From Polyangiales bacterium (GTDB taxonomy: Bacteria; Myxococcota_A; Polyangia; Polyangiales; Ga0077539): a stretch of 64,000 nt of DNA. The notes under the pieces were generated by a model, which saw nothing but the letters and a program-made list of their open reading frames with translations, ran no database searches and had not been told where the DNA came from. Shown here piece after piece: positions 37,164 through 47,444 of the stretch (positions are counted from its first letter, which is position 1; every line of letters starts with the position of its first letter). Where the stretch lies: the NCBI GenBank assembly GCA_046351535.1, contig JAXLYG010000005.1:37334-101333 (forward strand), read 5' to 3'. A program made the translations under genes and the position numbers.

Positions 37164-39947
37164 ATGCGACTTATCAGTGCCTCCGCGGTCCTCACGCTCG
37201 CGCTCTCGCCCTTCGGTTGCACAGACACATCGACGGGTACGCCCGCGGACTCGGGCCTCGACGCGCCGCGCGACACCCTCGACGAACGCCCCACGCTGCC
37301 TCCGTACGTCGACCCCTACGCGTGCCCGAGCACCCGCGACGAGCTGCCCGCCCTCGATGATCCGCTCGACGCGGCGGAGGCGCGCGCGGGGACCATCCGC
37401 AACGAGGCCGAGCTCATCGGCGGAGAGGGCGCAGCGGGCCGCGTCGGTCACCTCAAGATCTACAACAGCCGCGTGCGCTTCGTGGTGCAGGGCCGCGTCG
37501 GCACGACGGGGTCATCGCGCGCCATCGGATACAGCCTCTACGGCGGCAACGTGATCGACGCCGACCGCGCGAGGCCCCGCGGCGCGCAGGGTCAAGACGT
37601 GTTCCGCGAGACCTTTCCTGCGTTCGCGTTCCGCGTGTCGACGGTCGACGAGGTGGCCGTCGCGTGCGACGGATCGAACGGACGCCCCGCGGCGATCCGC
37701 GTGGTGGGCGTCGACGCGCCGAGCCGCATCCTCGGGATCCTCGACAACCTCTCGCGCGAGCAGGGTGTGCGGATGGTCACCCACTACGTGCTCCGCCCCG
37801 ACAGCGACGTGCTCGAGATCATCACCGAGGCGCAGTCGCTCGACGGCTGGTCGATCAGCAACTCGGCCGCGGGAGACTTCCTCGGCTTCGGCTCGGCGCT
37901 CTCGCTCTTCAACGGCGAGACGGGCTTCGGCAACATCGCGCGCGCCTCGATGCCGCTCACCTGGCTCGCCGCCGTGAGCGACCCCGGCGAGGGAGACCGC
38001 CACGTCTCCTACGCCATCGCGCCCTCCGAGGGACCCATGAGCGTCCCCGTCGTCGACGCGTCGGGCACCGTGGGCCTCTACAACGCCGTCAACGCCGCGA
38101 AGGGAGCGCCCGCGCGCTTCACCCGCTACCTCTCCGTCGGCGGCGGCGACGTGGCCTCCGCCGTCGAGCCCATCCTCCGCGCGCGCCACGAGCCCTTCGG
38201 CGTCGTCACCGGACGCACCACTTCGAACGCCCTCGTCTACGCCTACCGCGACGCGTACACCGTCGGCGCCAACGCGCGCTCCATCGCCCGCGCGCAGATG
38301 GACGGCTCGTATCGCATGGCGCTCCCGCCGGGCACCTACGCGATCACCGCCGTCGACGAGGGCGTCACGCGCGCCGCGCCCGTGATGGTCACCGTGACCG
38401 CCGACGGGATGGCCACGGCGAATCCCACCACCGGGTCGTCGGGCACGATCGCGCTCGACCTCGGCGTGCTCGACGCGATGGGAGCCCGCGTGCGCGCGCC
38501 CGTGAAGGTCAGCCTCCGCGGCGTCGACGTCGAGGCCCCCGACGACGCGATGGGCGAGCTCGAAGGCGAGCGCGAGTCCTTCGGTCTGCACCGCGCGATC
38601 TTCAGCCTCACGGGGCAGGAGCGCTACGCCGTGAAGCCCGGCCGCTACCGCGCGACCGTCTCACGCGGCGACGAGTACGACGTGGCCACCGCCGAGGTGA
38701 CCGTGGCCGCGGGCGGAGAGGCCACGCTGCGCGCCGACGTGCGACGCGTGGTCGACACCGCGGGGATGATCTCCGTCGACCTGCACCAGCACACGGTGGG
38801 CAGCATCGACTCGCCGCGCGCCCTCTGCGGACGCGTGCTCGAGAACGTCGCCGAGGGGCTCGAGTTCGCGGCCACGACCGACCACGACAACGTCACCGAC
38901 TTCGCGCCGTGCATCCGGTCGCAGAACCTCGGCGCGTGGTTCAACGCGATGCGCGGCAACGAGATCTCCGTCGTGGGCCTCGGCCACTTCAACGCGTACC
39001 CGCTCGTGGTCGACCCCGCCGATCCCTTCGCGCTCATCGGCGCGCAGTACTGGGCGGGCCTCGACGCGCAGCAGCTCTTCGACAAGGTGCGCCGCGAGGC
39101 GGGCGGTCCGCTCCTCCACGTGTCGCACCCGCGCTCCAACGGCTTCAAGGGGTACTTCACGTCGATCAACCTCGACCCCGTGAACCTCACGGGCCGCGTC
39201 GCCCTCGCGCGCAACTGGGAGGCGATGGAGGTCAACGAGTCCTTCGGCACGCCCGAGCAGTACACCGCGGCGTCTGACGCGACGCTCTCGGCGCTCGCGC
39301 GGAGAGACGCCTCGGCGATCCCGACGCTGCGCGACTTCTTCTCGTTCATCTCGCGCGGCGATCACGTCTGCGCGCTCGGCAACAGCGACACGCACGGCCG
39401 CAACAACGGCTCGGGGTGGCCGCACAACCTGGTGATGGTCGGCGAAGACCGCCCCGATCAGGTGACGCCCGCGGCGATCACCACGGCGATCCGCGCGCAG
39501 CGGGTGCTCGTCTCGAACGGCATCGTGGTGCGCATCCGGTCGGGCGGCGCGGTGCACATGGGCGCGGGCGACGTCGTGCGCGCCACGGGCGGAACCGTCG
39601 ACCTCGAGCTCGACGTGCAGGCCGCGCCGTGGGTCGACGTGCGCTCGCTGGTGCTCTTCGAAAACGGCCGTCCGCTCGCGCTCACGAGCGACGGACGCGG
39701 CGGCCTCGACGCTTCGAACACGGTCGGCGCCGCGGGCTGGGGCATCGCGCTCGACGCGACGTCACCGGGTCGCTCGGGCGTCACGCGGCTGCGCGCCACG
39801 GTGCATCTGCGACCGACGCGCGACAGCCACTACCTCGCGCTCGCGCGCGGCGGATCGCTCGCGCCCGTCGGGGCAGGGGACGCCTTCGGTTACACCAACC
39901 CCGTCTACGTCGACGTCGACGGGAACGGCTGGCAGCCCGCGATGTGA
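37164..39947 (+). CDS. Large lipoprotein with a C-terminal PHP/CehA-McbA-type metallohydrolase domain.
   Basis: A lipobox (LSPFGC) is followed by PHP motifs (VDLHQHTVGS…ATTDHDNV…GNSDTHG) in a 927-aa protein. Confidence 0.75.
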   Translation: MRLISASAVLTLALSPFGCTDTSTGTPADSGLDAPRDTLDERPTLPPYVDPYACPSTRDELPALDDPLDAAEARAGTIRNEAELIGGEGAAGRVGHLKIYNSRVRFVVQGRVGTTGSSRAIGYSLYGGNVIDADRARPRGAQGQDVFRETFPAFAFRVSTVDEVAVACDGSNGRPAAIRVVGVDAPSRILGILDNLSREQGVRMVTHYVLRPDSDVLEIITEAQSLDGWSISNSAAGDFLGFGSALSLFNGETGFGNIARASMPLTWLAAVSDPGEGDRHVSYAIAPSEGPMSVPVVDASGTVGLYNAVNAAKGAPARFTRYLSVGGGDVASAVEPILRARHEPFGVVTGRTTSNALVYAYRDAYTVGANARSIARAQMDGSYRMALPPGTYAITAVDEGVTRAAPVMVTVTADGMATANPTTGSSGTIALDLGVLDAMGARVRAPVKVSLRGVDVEAPDDAMGELEGERESFGLHRAIFSLTGQERYAVKPGRYRATVSRGDEYDVATAEVTVAAGGEATLRADVRRVVDTAGMISVDLHQHTVGSIDSPRALCGRVLENVAEGLEFAATTDHDNVTDFAPCIRSQNLGAWFNAMRGNEISVVGLGHFNAYPLVVDPADPFALIGAQYWAGLDAQQLFDKVRREAGGPLLHVSHPRSNGFKGYFTSINLDPVNLTGRVALARNWEAMEVNESFGTPEQYTAASDATLSALARRDASAIPTLRDFFSFISRGDHVCALGNSDTHGRNNGSGWPHNLVMVGEDRPDQVTPAAITTAIRAQRVLVSNGIVVRIRSGGAVHMGAGDVVRATGGTVDLELDVQAAPWVDVRSLVLFENGRPLALTSDGRGGLDASNTVGAAGWGIALDATSPGRSGVTRLRATVHLRPTRDSHYLALARGGSLAPVGAGDAFGYTNPVYVDVDGNGWQPAM

Positions 39948-39954
39948 GCGCGTC

Positions 39955-40269
39955 TCACGCGGGATACGCTTGCACGATCTCGAGGCGCGGTCGCTCGATG
40001 TGCTGCACGCGCGAGGTCACGAGGTCGCGCTCGCCGTGGCGAAAGTAGATCGCGTCGCCCACGCGCGGCTCGTCGAGCACCGGGAGCACGCCCGAGTCTT
40101 GATAGCGCAGCGCGCCTTCGAGCGTGCGCCCGAGCGCGGGATGCACCTCGCACCACGCGTCGTTGCGGCGGTCTCGCACGCCCACGCAGACGCCCGCGCG
40201 GACGTGGTACTCGGTGTTGCGGGTCACATACACGCGATGGATGCGGCGCTCGGTCCCCTTGTATCCCAT
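39955..40269 (-). CDS. Small hypothetical protein, possibly PilZ-like.
   Basis: The 104-aa protein has an RxxxR motif near its N-terminus (TERRIHRVYV), which is weak evidence. Confidence 0.35.
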   Translation of the reverse strand: MGYKGTERRIHRVYVTRNTEYHVRAGVCVGVRDRRNDAWCEVHPALGRTLEGALRYQDSGVLPVLDEPRVGDAIYFRHGERDLVTSRVQHIERPRLEIVQAYPA

Positions 40270-40342
40270 TGGACGCTCTCCTGTACGGGAGACACTGTCG
40301 GGCGAGGGGTTCGGGGGCGTCCACTTTCGGGCGGCGATTAGG

Positions 40343-40555
40343 CTACCTCTACTGTCCCGGACGAGCGCTGCGTTTCTCATCGCCGCGCGAAACACGCGGC
40401 AGGGAAGGCAGTTCGAGATCGATTCGAATGAAGTCCCCGCCCGCGGACTCGCGCACGAGGCTCCGATTGGGAGTCCTGCGAAGCGGGACTTTTCGCAGGA
40501 TGCTCACAAAATGCTTTCCCTGCCGCGTGTTTCAACACGCGGCGTGAAGGCCCAG
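40343..40555. repeat. A 213-bp nested imperfect palindrome or MITE-like element: 15-bp perfect terminal inverted repeats (CTCTACTGTCCCGGA … TCCGGGACAGTAGAG), an internal 21-nt inverted repeat (AAACACGCGGCAGGGAAGGCA versus TGCTTTCCCTGCCGCGTGTTT) and local hairpins.
   Basis: The repeats were read directly on both strands. A CTAC tetranucleotide flanks both ends. Confidence 0.6.
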
Positions 40556-40576
40556 GCTTCATCCGGGACAGTAGAG

Positions 40577-41383
40577 CTACGGAGCGGGCGGCGGCTCCGC
40601 GGGCGGCGGCTCCGCGGCGTTCTCTTCGACCTCGGTGGTGAGCGCGGCCTCGAGCCACCGGGCGAGGCGCGCGCTCTGCTGCGCGTGCAGCGTGGCGCGG
40701 GCGCGGATGCTCTGCACGTAGCGCCGCGCGGCGGCGAACTCGGCGGCGTACGCGGGCGCCTCGGCGCGGGCCTCGCCGTCGTCGCTCAACACCGGCGGGA
40801 GCTCCCTCACGAGGAGCGACGCGCAGCGCTGCGTGGCCTCGGCGTCGCGGAGCACGCGGTCGATCACGGCGAGGAGCGGCGCGAGCCCCGGGGCCTCGGC
40901 GTTGGGGGTGAGCGTGAGCGACACGTCGCGCTCGACGTCGTGAAAGCGGTCGTCGATGGCGGACAGCGCGGCGCGCTCGCTGGCCGCGGGCGCGAGCACG
41001 GCGGCGAGCCACGCGCGCTCCTTCTCCTCGTCGGGGGGAGCGCCCTCGGGGCCGCGGTCGAAGTGGACCCGCACGCGCGTCACGCCGGCGCCGCGGAGCG
41101 CGTCCCGCAGCGCGTTCTCGAGGTCGGGCGCCTCCGCGTTGGGGAGGCGACCGAGCGCGCGAGAGAGGTCGGCCATGAGGTCCGCGCGGCGGAGGTCGAC
41201 GTCGGCGAAGGCGTGCTGACACCCGCGAACGGCTGAGAAATACGAGTCCGCGTGGGGTCGCTGCGTCACCACGAGCTGCTCGCGGTTCACGCGCGTGACG
41301 CGCGAGCCCGCGAAGGGATCAGAGCTGCAACTGCACAGCGCAGCGGCGCACGCAAGCGCTGAGAATGCGTCGCGGAGGTTCAT
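40577..41383 (-). CDS. Hypothetical lipoprotein.
   Basis: It has a signal peptide with a lipobox (MNLRDAFSALACAAALCSCSS), and the ATG at 41381-41383 is confirmed. The C-terminus is Pro/Glu-rich. Confidence 0.5.
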   Translation of the reverse strand: MNLRDAFSALACAAALCSCSSDPFAGSRVTRVNREQLVVTQRPHADSYFSAVRGCQHAFADVDLRRADLMADLSRALGRLPNAEAPDLENALRDALRGAGVTRVRVHFDRGPEGAPPDEEKERAWLAAVLAPAASERAALSAIDDRFHDVERDVSLTLTPNAEAPGLAPLLAVIDRVLRDAEATQRCASLLVRELPPVLSDDGEARAEAPAYAAEFAAARRYVQSIRARATLHAQQSARLARWLEAALTTEVEENAAEPPPAEPPPAP

Positions 41384-41571
41384 CGTGCGTGACGGGGAGT
41401 ACACGCGCGACGACATCCGCGGACAACAAAATACAAGTTGGCGACAACTTCGACAGAGCCCGAAGGCTATTGAATCCAGCGGAAATCGCGAGGTGTCGGA
41501 AAGGTGCATCACACGCCCGAGCGGCGGTAGAGACGCGCCACGAACCGATCCCAGAGGACGCTGAGGAACTG

Positions 41572-43092
41572 ATGACCACGCTGCTGATCGCCGTCCCGTA
41601 CCTGACCGTGCTCCTGCTGCTGGTGCTCTATGGTCTGCACCGCAGCCAGCTCGTGTGGCTGTTGTGGAAGCACCGCACCGAGCTCCCGCCGGCTCCGCCC
41701 TGTCAGCTCCCCGAGGCCGAGCTCCCGCACGTGACCGTTCAGCTCCCGCTCTTCAACGAGCCCGACGTGCTCGAGCGCCTGCTCGAGTGTGTCGCTCGCA
41801 TCGACTACCCCCGCGACAAGTTCGAGATCCAGGTCCTCGACGACAGCACCGACGACACGCGCGAGCGCTCCAAGGCCAAGGTCGCCGACCTCGTGCGCCG
41901 CGGCATCGACGCGGTGTACATCCACCGCACCGACCGCACGGGCTACAAGGCCGGCGCGCTCGACAACGGGCTCAAGTACGCCAAGGGCTCGCTCGTCGCG
42001 GTCTTCGACGCCGACTTCCTCCCGCAGCCGTCGTTCCTCCGCACGGTGGTGCACCACTTCGCGGACCCGAAGGTGGGCTGCGTGCAGGCGCGCTGGGGCC
42101 ACCTCAACCGCGAGACCTCGATCCTCACGCGCGTGCAGGCGCTCATGCTCGACGGTCACCACATGGTCGAGAACCGCGCGCGCTTCGCGGCGGGTCGCTT
42201 CTTCAACTTCTCGGGCACCGGCGGCATCTGGCGCCGCGAGGCCATCGGCGACGCGGGCGGCTGGCAGCACGACACGCTCACCGAAGACCTCGACCTCTCG
42301 TACCGCGCGCAGACCGCGGGCTGGCGCTTCGTCTACCGCGAGGATCACGTCACCCCCGCCGAGCTCCCCGAGGAGATGGAGGCGTTCCGCGCGCAGCAGT
42401 TCCGCTGGGCCAAGGGCACCGTGCAGACCGCGCGCAAGCTCCTCTCGAAGGTGTGGAGCGCGAAGCACCTCAACCGCAACATCCGCCTCGAGGCGGTGTT
42501 CCACATGACGCCGCACTTCGCGTACCCGCTGATGATGCTGCTCGCGGTGTTCCTCCTCCCGATGCTGCTCATCATGCCCGTGAGCGATCCGGTCTCGCTG
42601 CTCCTCGTCGACATCCCCCTCATGGTCGGCTCGACGGGCTCGCTCGCGACCTTCTACATGGTCGCCGAGCGCGCGCAGGGCCGCACCGCCCTCGGCGCCC
42701 TCCGCCGCCTCCCCTGGCTCCTCGCCATCGGCGCGGGCATGTCTCCGTACCTCACGCGCGCCGTGTGGGAGGGCCTCCAGGCCGAGACCGGCGAGTTCGT
42801 CCGCACGCCCAAGAAGGGCCAGAGCGCGCGCTCGGGCCGCTACCGCGCCCGCACGATCCTCCCCGTCATCGAGATCGTGCTCCTCCTCGAGAGCATCGTG
42901 TCGGTGTACACCGCGCTCACGACGGGCCACTACATCGCCGCGCCCTTCGCGCTCCTCTACGTGATGGGCTTCGGCTACGTCTCGTACTCGGTGATCACCG
43001 AGCGCATGGCCGCCGTCGCCGCCGCCGAAGCGCGCCGCCCGCAGCCCGTCGCCGCCACCGCCGAAGAGGCGACCGAGTCCGTCGCGGCCTGA
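41572..43092 (+). CDS. Processive family-2 glycosyltransferase (cellulose/chitin-synthase-like, with multiple TM helices).
   Basis: It has the D, DxD, D and QxxRW motifs (QVLDDSTDDT, VFDADF, TEDLDLSYR, QQFRWAKG) and C-terminal TM helices. A GAGGA ribosome-binding site lies 7 nt upstream of the ATG at 41572. Confidence 0.85.
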   Translation: MTTLLIAVPYLTVLLLLVLYGLHRSQLVWLLWKHRTELPPAPPCQLPEAELPHVTVQLPLFNEPDVLERLLECVARIDYPRDKFEIQVLDDSTDDTRERSKAKVADLVRRGIDAVYIHRTDRTGYKAGALDNGLKYAKGSLVAVFDADFLPQPSFLRTVVHHFADPKVGCVQARWGHLNRETSILTRVQALMLDGHHMVENRARFAAGRFFNFSGTGGIWRREAIGDAGGWQHDTLTEDLDLSYRAQTAGWRFVYREDHVTPAELPEEMEAFRAQQFRWAKGTVQTARKLLSKVWSAKHLNRNIRLEAVFHMTPHFAYPLMMLLAVFLLPMLLIMPVSDPVSLLLVDIPLMVGSTGSLATFYMVAERAQGRTALGALRRLPWLLAIGAGMSPYLTRAVWEGLQAETGEFVRTPKKGQSARSGRYRARTILPVIEIVLLLESIVSVYTALTTGHYIAAPFALLYVMGFGYVSYSVITERMAAVAAAEARRPQPVAATAEEATESVAA

Positions 43093-43287
43093 TCGCCGCT
43101 CCTCTCCTCCCGCCTCGTCCGCCTCCCAGCACTCCCCCACCACCAGCCCCTACGCAGACGACGGCGCGTAGGCGCCGCACGCGCACGCGTTCGCCCGCAG
43201 CGTCGACACACCCGCGCGCGCGCATGTACGGACGTCGGTACGCCCACGTACCGACATCCGCACACGGCGCGGACCGCTGACAGACTG

Positions 43288-44511
43288 TTACGCGACGGCT
43301 TCGGCGAGCGCTGCGACGAGCGCGGGGACATCGGCCTGCGCGACGCCGCACAGCGCCACGCGCAGCGCGCCCGACTGGGGAACGGTGAACACCCCGCGGG
43401 CCTTGAGCTTCTCCGCGGCGGACTTCACGTCGCGCGCGAACACGGTGACGAAGAAGCCTCCGTCGTAGCGCGGATAGCGCAGCCCCGTCCCCTCGGCGGC
43501 GCGGTTGAACGCGTCGACGCGCGCCGCGAGGAGCGCCACGAGGCGCGCGCGCTCGGCGTCGACCTGCGCGCGCAGCGTCGCGTCCGAGAGGCAGCGCGCG
43601 ACGGCGTACTGACCCGCGGCGTTGCAGTTGCTCCACGTGCCGCGGCAGGCCCACGAGAGCGCGCGGCCGATGGCGTTGCGCGTGTCGGCGTCGGCGGTGC
43701 AGGCCACGAGCGCGCCGATGCGCTGGCCGTACTGCGTGAACGACTTGCTGCCCGACCACGCGAAGAGCACCGCGGCCCGCTCCGTGAGGGGCTCGAGGTG
43801 CTTGAGGAACGAGCGCTGATCCTTCGCGTACGCGAGGTAGGCCACGTCGGCGAGCACCGCCGTCGGCACCTTCGCGGATTGCTCGCGCACGATGCCCGCG
43901 ACGGCGGTCCACTCGTCGCGGGTCATCGAGTAGCCCGTGGGGTTGTGACAGGGGTCGTTGAGAAAGACGAGCAGCCGGCCCTGCTTCGCCGCGGTCTCGG
44001 CGAGCGTGCGTTCGAAGGCCGCGAGGTCGATGCCGCCGCGCTCGGAGAAGTTGTTGAACGTCACGACGCCGCGCTCGTGCTCGTCGGCCAGCGTCGCGTA
44101 CGGCCCCCAGTAGAACGACGACGTCACCATCGACTGCTTGTGCTCGAGGAACACCGACAGCGCGTGGCGCAGCGCGCCCGTTCCGCCCGGCGTCGAGCAG
44201 GCCACGGCCTGGTCCGCGAGCGACGTTCCGCCGAGGAGATCCTTCGTCACCGCGGAGAGGAACTCCGGCGCGCCCGCGATGGGCGCGTAGGCCGCGGCCT
44301 TGAGCGCGGGCACCTCGCGCAGCGCGGTCACCACCGAGGGGAGCACCGCGAGCGTGCCGTCGTCTTCGAGGAGCGCGCCGACCGTCGCGTTGATGACCTT
44401 CTCCCCCGTCGCGCGGCGCTGCGTGGCCTCGCGGTTGAGGGCGAAGATGGGGTCGTCTCCAGGGCGGCTCGCGTTGCGTTCAGGGAGGAGGTTCACGGCC
44501 GAATTGATTGC
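43288..44511 (-). CDS. Class I/II (aspartate/aromatic-type) aminotransferase. The start is either GTG near 44511 or ATG at 44601.
   Basis: It has an AAT-like fold with PLP-Lys context (…SGSKSFTQYGQRIG…) and is about 400 aa. Confidence 0.85.
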   Translation of the reverse strand, partial: AINSAVNLLPERNASRPGDDPIFALNREATQRRATGEKVINATVGALLEDDGTLAVLPSVVTALREVPALKAAAYAPIAGAPEFLSAVTKDLLGGTSLADQAVACSTPGGTGALRHALSVFLEHKQSMVTSSFYWGPYATLADEHERGVVTFNNFSERGGIDLAAFERTLAETAAKQGRLLVFLNDPCHNPTGYSMTRDEWTAVAGIVREQSAKVPTAVLADVAYLAYAKDQRSFLKHLEPLTERAAVLFAWSGSKSFTQYGQRIGALVACTADADTRNAIGRALSWACRGTWSNCNAAGQYAVARCLSDATLRAQVDAERARLVALLAARVDAFNRAAEGTGLRYPRYDGGFFVTVFARDVKSAAEKLKARGVFTVPQSGALRVALCGVAQADVPALVAALAEAVA

Positions 44512-44551
44512 CACAGAACGCGCGAGCCTGTCACTACGCGCGATGCGGCGA

Positions 44552-47422
44552 TCAGTGCGCCAATCCTGCGCGCAGCGTCTCCAGGGCGCTCCGCCGCGCA
44601 CCGGATGGCATCTGCGAGATGGCGCGGTCGAGCTCCTCGACGGCCTGCGAGGGCGCGCCGAGCATCGCCAGCGTCTCGGCCATGCGCACGTGGAGCTCGG
44701 GGGCTTCTTCCCCCGTCTCGCGCGCCACGGAGAGCGCCTCGGTGTAGCGCGAGAGGGCCCTGCGTCCGTCGCGCCGCCGGGCCGCGAGGTCGCCGAGCTT
44801 CACGAGCGCGCGAAAGCGCTCGGCCACGGGCGGAGAGAGCTCGAGGGCCGCAGTGAGGTCCGCCTCGGCGCTCCCCGGATCGCGCTGCGACGCGAGCATC
44901 GCGCGCGTGAGATAGAGCCTCGCGAGGAGCGTGCGCGGCGTCGGATCGCGGGGGTCGAAGCCCACGGCGAGCTCGCCCTCACGGAGCGCGCGGGCGCGGT
45001 CTCCCTGCCGCTCCGCGAGCACCATGGCGCGCGTGTGGGTCACGGCCTCGCGGCGCGACTCGCTCTCGTCGAGGAGGCGCATCCACGCGCCCCCCTGCGA
45101 GCTGTCGCGCACGAGCCCCGCGAGCGGCAGATCATCGACGCGCGCGAGGAGCGCGAACACGTCGTCCGTCGCGTCGCGGTAGAGCAGCGAGGGCGCGCGG
45201 AACTCCAGCGAGAGGTCCGACGCGCGCAGCAGCGGAGCGTCTCCTGCCACGGCGCGCACGCCGCCGACGCCCGCGACGAAGCGCGCGAAGAGGGCGGCCT
45301 GGTCGTTCACGCCCGCGACGCGCAGGAGCCGCGACACCGTGGGGTCCTCCGCGCGACGGAGGAACGTGTCGAGGTCCAACGATCCGTCGCGCAGCCCCAC
45401 GAGGAGGTAGTCCTGCCCCGGCGTGATCTCGACCATCGTCGCGCGCGGAAACACCTCGCGGAACGTCGCCACGATCGACGCCACCACCTCGGCGCTCGTG
45501 CTGTACGCGTGGAACCACTGCCCGAACGCGCCCCCCGGTCGCAGCCTCCGCCTCGCCGCTTCGAAGGCCTCGCGCGTGAAGAGGTCGCTCATGCCCGCGA
45601 CCCACGGGTTCGACGGCTCGCTCACGATCGCGTCGTACGTGCGAGATGTTCCGCGGAGGTAGTGCGCCGCGTCGGCCCTCACCACGCGCACCCGCGCATC
45701 GTCGAGCACGTGGTGGTTGGCGCGCGCGAAGTCCGTCCTCGCGGCGTCGACAACCGCACCCACGAGCTCCGCCACTTCGACCGAGCGAACCCCCGGAACC
45801 GAGCGCGCGGCGTCGGCGGTCATCCCGCTGCCGAGCCCCACCACGAGCACGTCGCCCGTCGCGCGGGCCATCGCCACGGGGAGGATCCCCACGAGCGTCT
45901 GCGTCGTCGCGTCTCCGAGGCTCGTCGCGTCGACCTTGCCGTTGATCTGCAACAGCACGTTGCCCTCGTCGTCGCGCCGCAGCGCCACGGTGGCCTCGGG
46001 GTCGTCGCGTCGCCACGCCAGCCGCCCGAGCTCCACGTCGCGCGAACCCGCGTACAGAAAGGGCCCGCGCAGCATCGCGGCGGCGTCGCCCCGCAGCGTC
46101 ACGCGCCCCGCGACGAGCGCCACCACGGCCGCCGCCACGACCGCCATCGGACGCGAGCGCACCAGCGCCACGGCCACCGCGAGCACCACGCCGACCGAGA
46201 GCGCCGCGCGTTCGAAGCCGAGGCCCGGCATCACCGCGAAGGTCATCGCGAGCGCACCCGCGACGTTGCCCGCGGCCATCGCGCCGAGCGTGCGCCCGTT
46301 GGCCTCTCCGTCGCTCGCGCCCGGCGTCAGCGCGCGCGCAGCGAACGCCATCGCGGCGCCCACGCACGCGACCACGGGCAGGGCCACCACCACGAGCGCC
46401 CCATACGCCGAGAGCCACAGCACGCGCTGCGACGGAGCACCGTGCGCGAGCAGCCGCTCGGCGAACTCGGGCATCGCCGCGACGAGCGGCGTCGAGAGCA
46501 CCACGGCGACGACGGCCGCCACCGTGAGCCATCCGAGGATCACGCGCGCGCCCTTCGCGTCGCAGCGCGAGACGCGACGCAGCGAGGCGAGCTCTCCGAT
46601 CGCGAGGGCCGTGACGTGCGCCGCGAGGGCCGCCGCGAAGGCGAACGCGCTCGGACCGAAGGCCAGCGACGACGACCGCGCGAGCAGCACCTGCCACGCC
46701 GTCGAGGCCACGCCGAGGCACGCGAGCGCCACCACGACGGCGAGGTCTTCGCGGCCACCATCGGCCTGTTTTTCAGCGCTTTCGAGAGCCTTCGAGACCT
46801 GCGCCTCCGCTGCGAAGCGCGACGCCGCGAGGGCCGTCAGCGCGTACACCGCGGCCACGCCCGCGAGCGTGTTCGCCACGCCCACCGCGGGACACACCAC
46901 GAAGGTCGTCACGAGCGCCGCGAAGGCCGCGCCGAGGGAGCTCGCACCGCCCGCGAGCGCTGTTCCTGCACCCGCGCCGCGCGCCATCAGCGAGACCGCC
47001 GCGGGGTACGCGCTCCCCGCGAGCGCACCGGGAATCGCCGTCAGCGCGAGCGCCACCACGAGCCGCGCGAGGTCGCCCGCCCACTGCGCCCGCTCCGAGA
47101 GACCCACGAGCGCGCGCGCGAAGAGCGACGTCACAGACCCCGGCGCGAGCGCACCCACGAGCGCCCAGAGCGCGAGACCTCCGTGCGATGCGACGAGCGC
47201 GCGACGCGGCGAGAGAACGCCCCGCGCGAGGAGCCGCGAAGACCACCACGCCCCCAGACCGAGCGCGCCGAGCACGCCCGCGAGGGTCCCCGTCTGCGAG
47301 ATCGCAGAGCTGCCGAGCATGGGGCGCAGCACGCGCGCGCCGAGGGCCTCGCCCGCGAGCGTCGCGCCGCCGCTGAGGGCCATGAGTGCGGCGATGAGGC
47401 GCGCGGTCGGACGGAGTCGCAT
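44552..47422 (-). CDS. Second giant fusion protein (MFS-like membrane domain, spermidine-synthase-like domain and TPR-like tail), a paralogue of the gene at 31731..35381.
   Basis: It has the same architecture and shares the motifs VVGLGSGMT and YDAIVSEPSNPWVAGMSDLFT, 956 aa in all. Confidence 0.85.
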   Translation of the reverse strand: MRLRPTARLIAALMALSGGATLAGEALGARVLRPMLGSSAISQTGTLAGVLGALGLGAWWSSRLLARGVLSPRRALVASHGGLALWALVGALAPGSVTSLFARALVGLSERAQWAGDLARLVVALALTAIPGALAGSAYPAAVSLMARGAGAGTALAGGASSLGAAFAALVTTFVVCPAVGVANTLAGVAAVYALTALAASRFAAEAQVSKALESAEKQADGGREDLAVVVALACLGVASTAWQVLLARSSSLAFGPSAFAFAAALAAHVTALAIGELASLRRVSRCDAKGARVILGWLTVAAVVAVVLSTPLVAAMPEFAERLLAHGAPSQRVLWLSAYGALVVVALPVVACVGAAMAFAARALTPGASDGEANGRTLGAMAAGNVAGALAMTFAVMPGLGFERAALSVGVVLAVAVALVRSRPMAVVAAAVVALVAGRVTLRGDAAAMLRGPFLYAGSRDVELGRLAWRRDDPEATVALRRDDEGNVLLQINGKVDATSLGDATTQTLVGILPVAMARATGDVLVVGLGSGMTADAARSVPGVRSVEVAELVGAVVDAARTDFARANHHVLDDARVRVVRADAAHYLRGTSRTYDAIVSEPSNPWVAGMSDLFTREAFEAARRRLRPGGAFGQWFHAYSTSAEVVASIVATFREVFPRATMVEITPGQDYLLVGLRDGSLDLDTFLRRAEDPTVSRLLRVAGVNDQAALFARFVAGVGGVRAVAGDAPLLRASDLSLEFRAPSLLYRDATDDVFALLARVDDLPLAGLVRDSSQGGAWMRLLDESESRREAVTHTRAMVLAERQGDRARALREGELAVGFDPRDPTPRTLLARLYLTRAMLASQRDPGSAEADLTAALELSPPVAERFRALVKLGDLAARRRDGRRALSRYTEALSVARETGEEAPELHVRMAETLAMLGAPSQAVEELDRAISQMPSGARRSALETLRAGLAH

Positions 47423-47444
47423 CTCGGCGAGAACGCCCCGAACG

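Noticed and set aside
40269-40547. A 92-aa plus ORF inside the palindromic element.
   Set aside because: It lies within the inverted-repeat element and shows no coding signal. It was called as a repeat instead.
43149-43172. A hairpin CCTACGC-N10-GCGTAGG between the convergent glycosyltransferase and aminotransferase genes.
   Set aside because: It is plausible as a terminator but weak (7-bp stem, no U-tract), so it is noted without being called as a feature.
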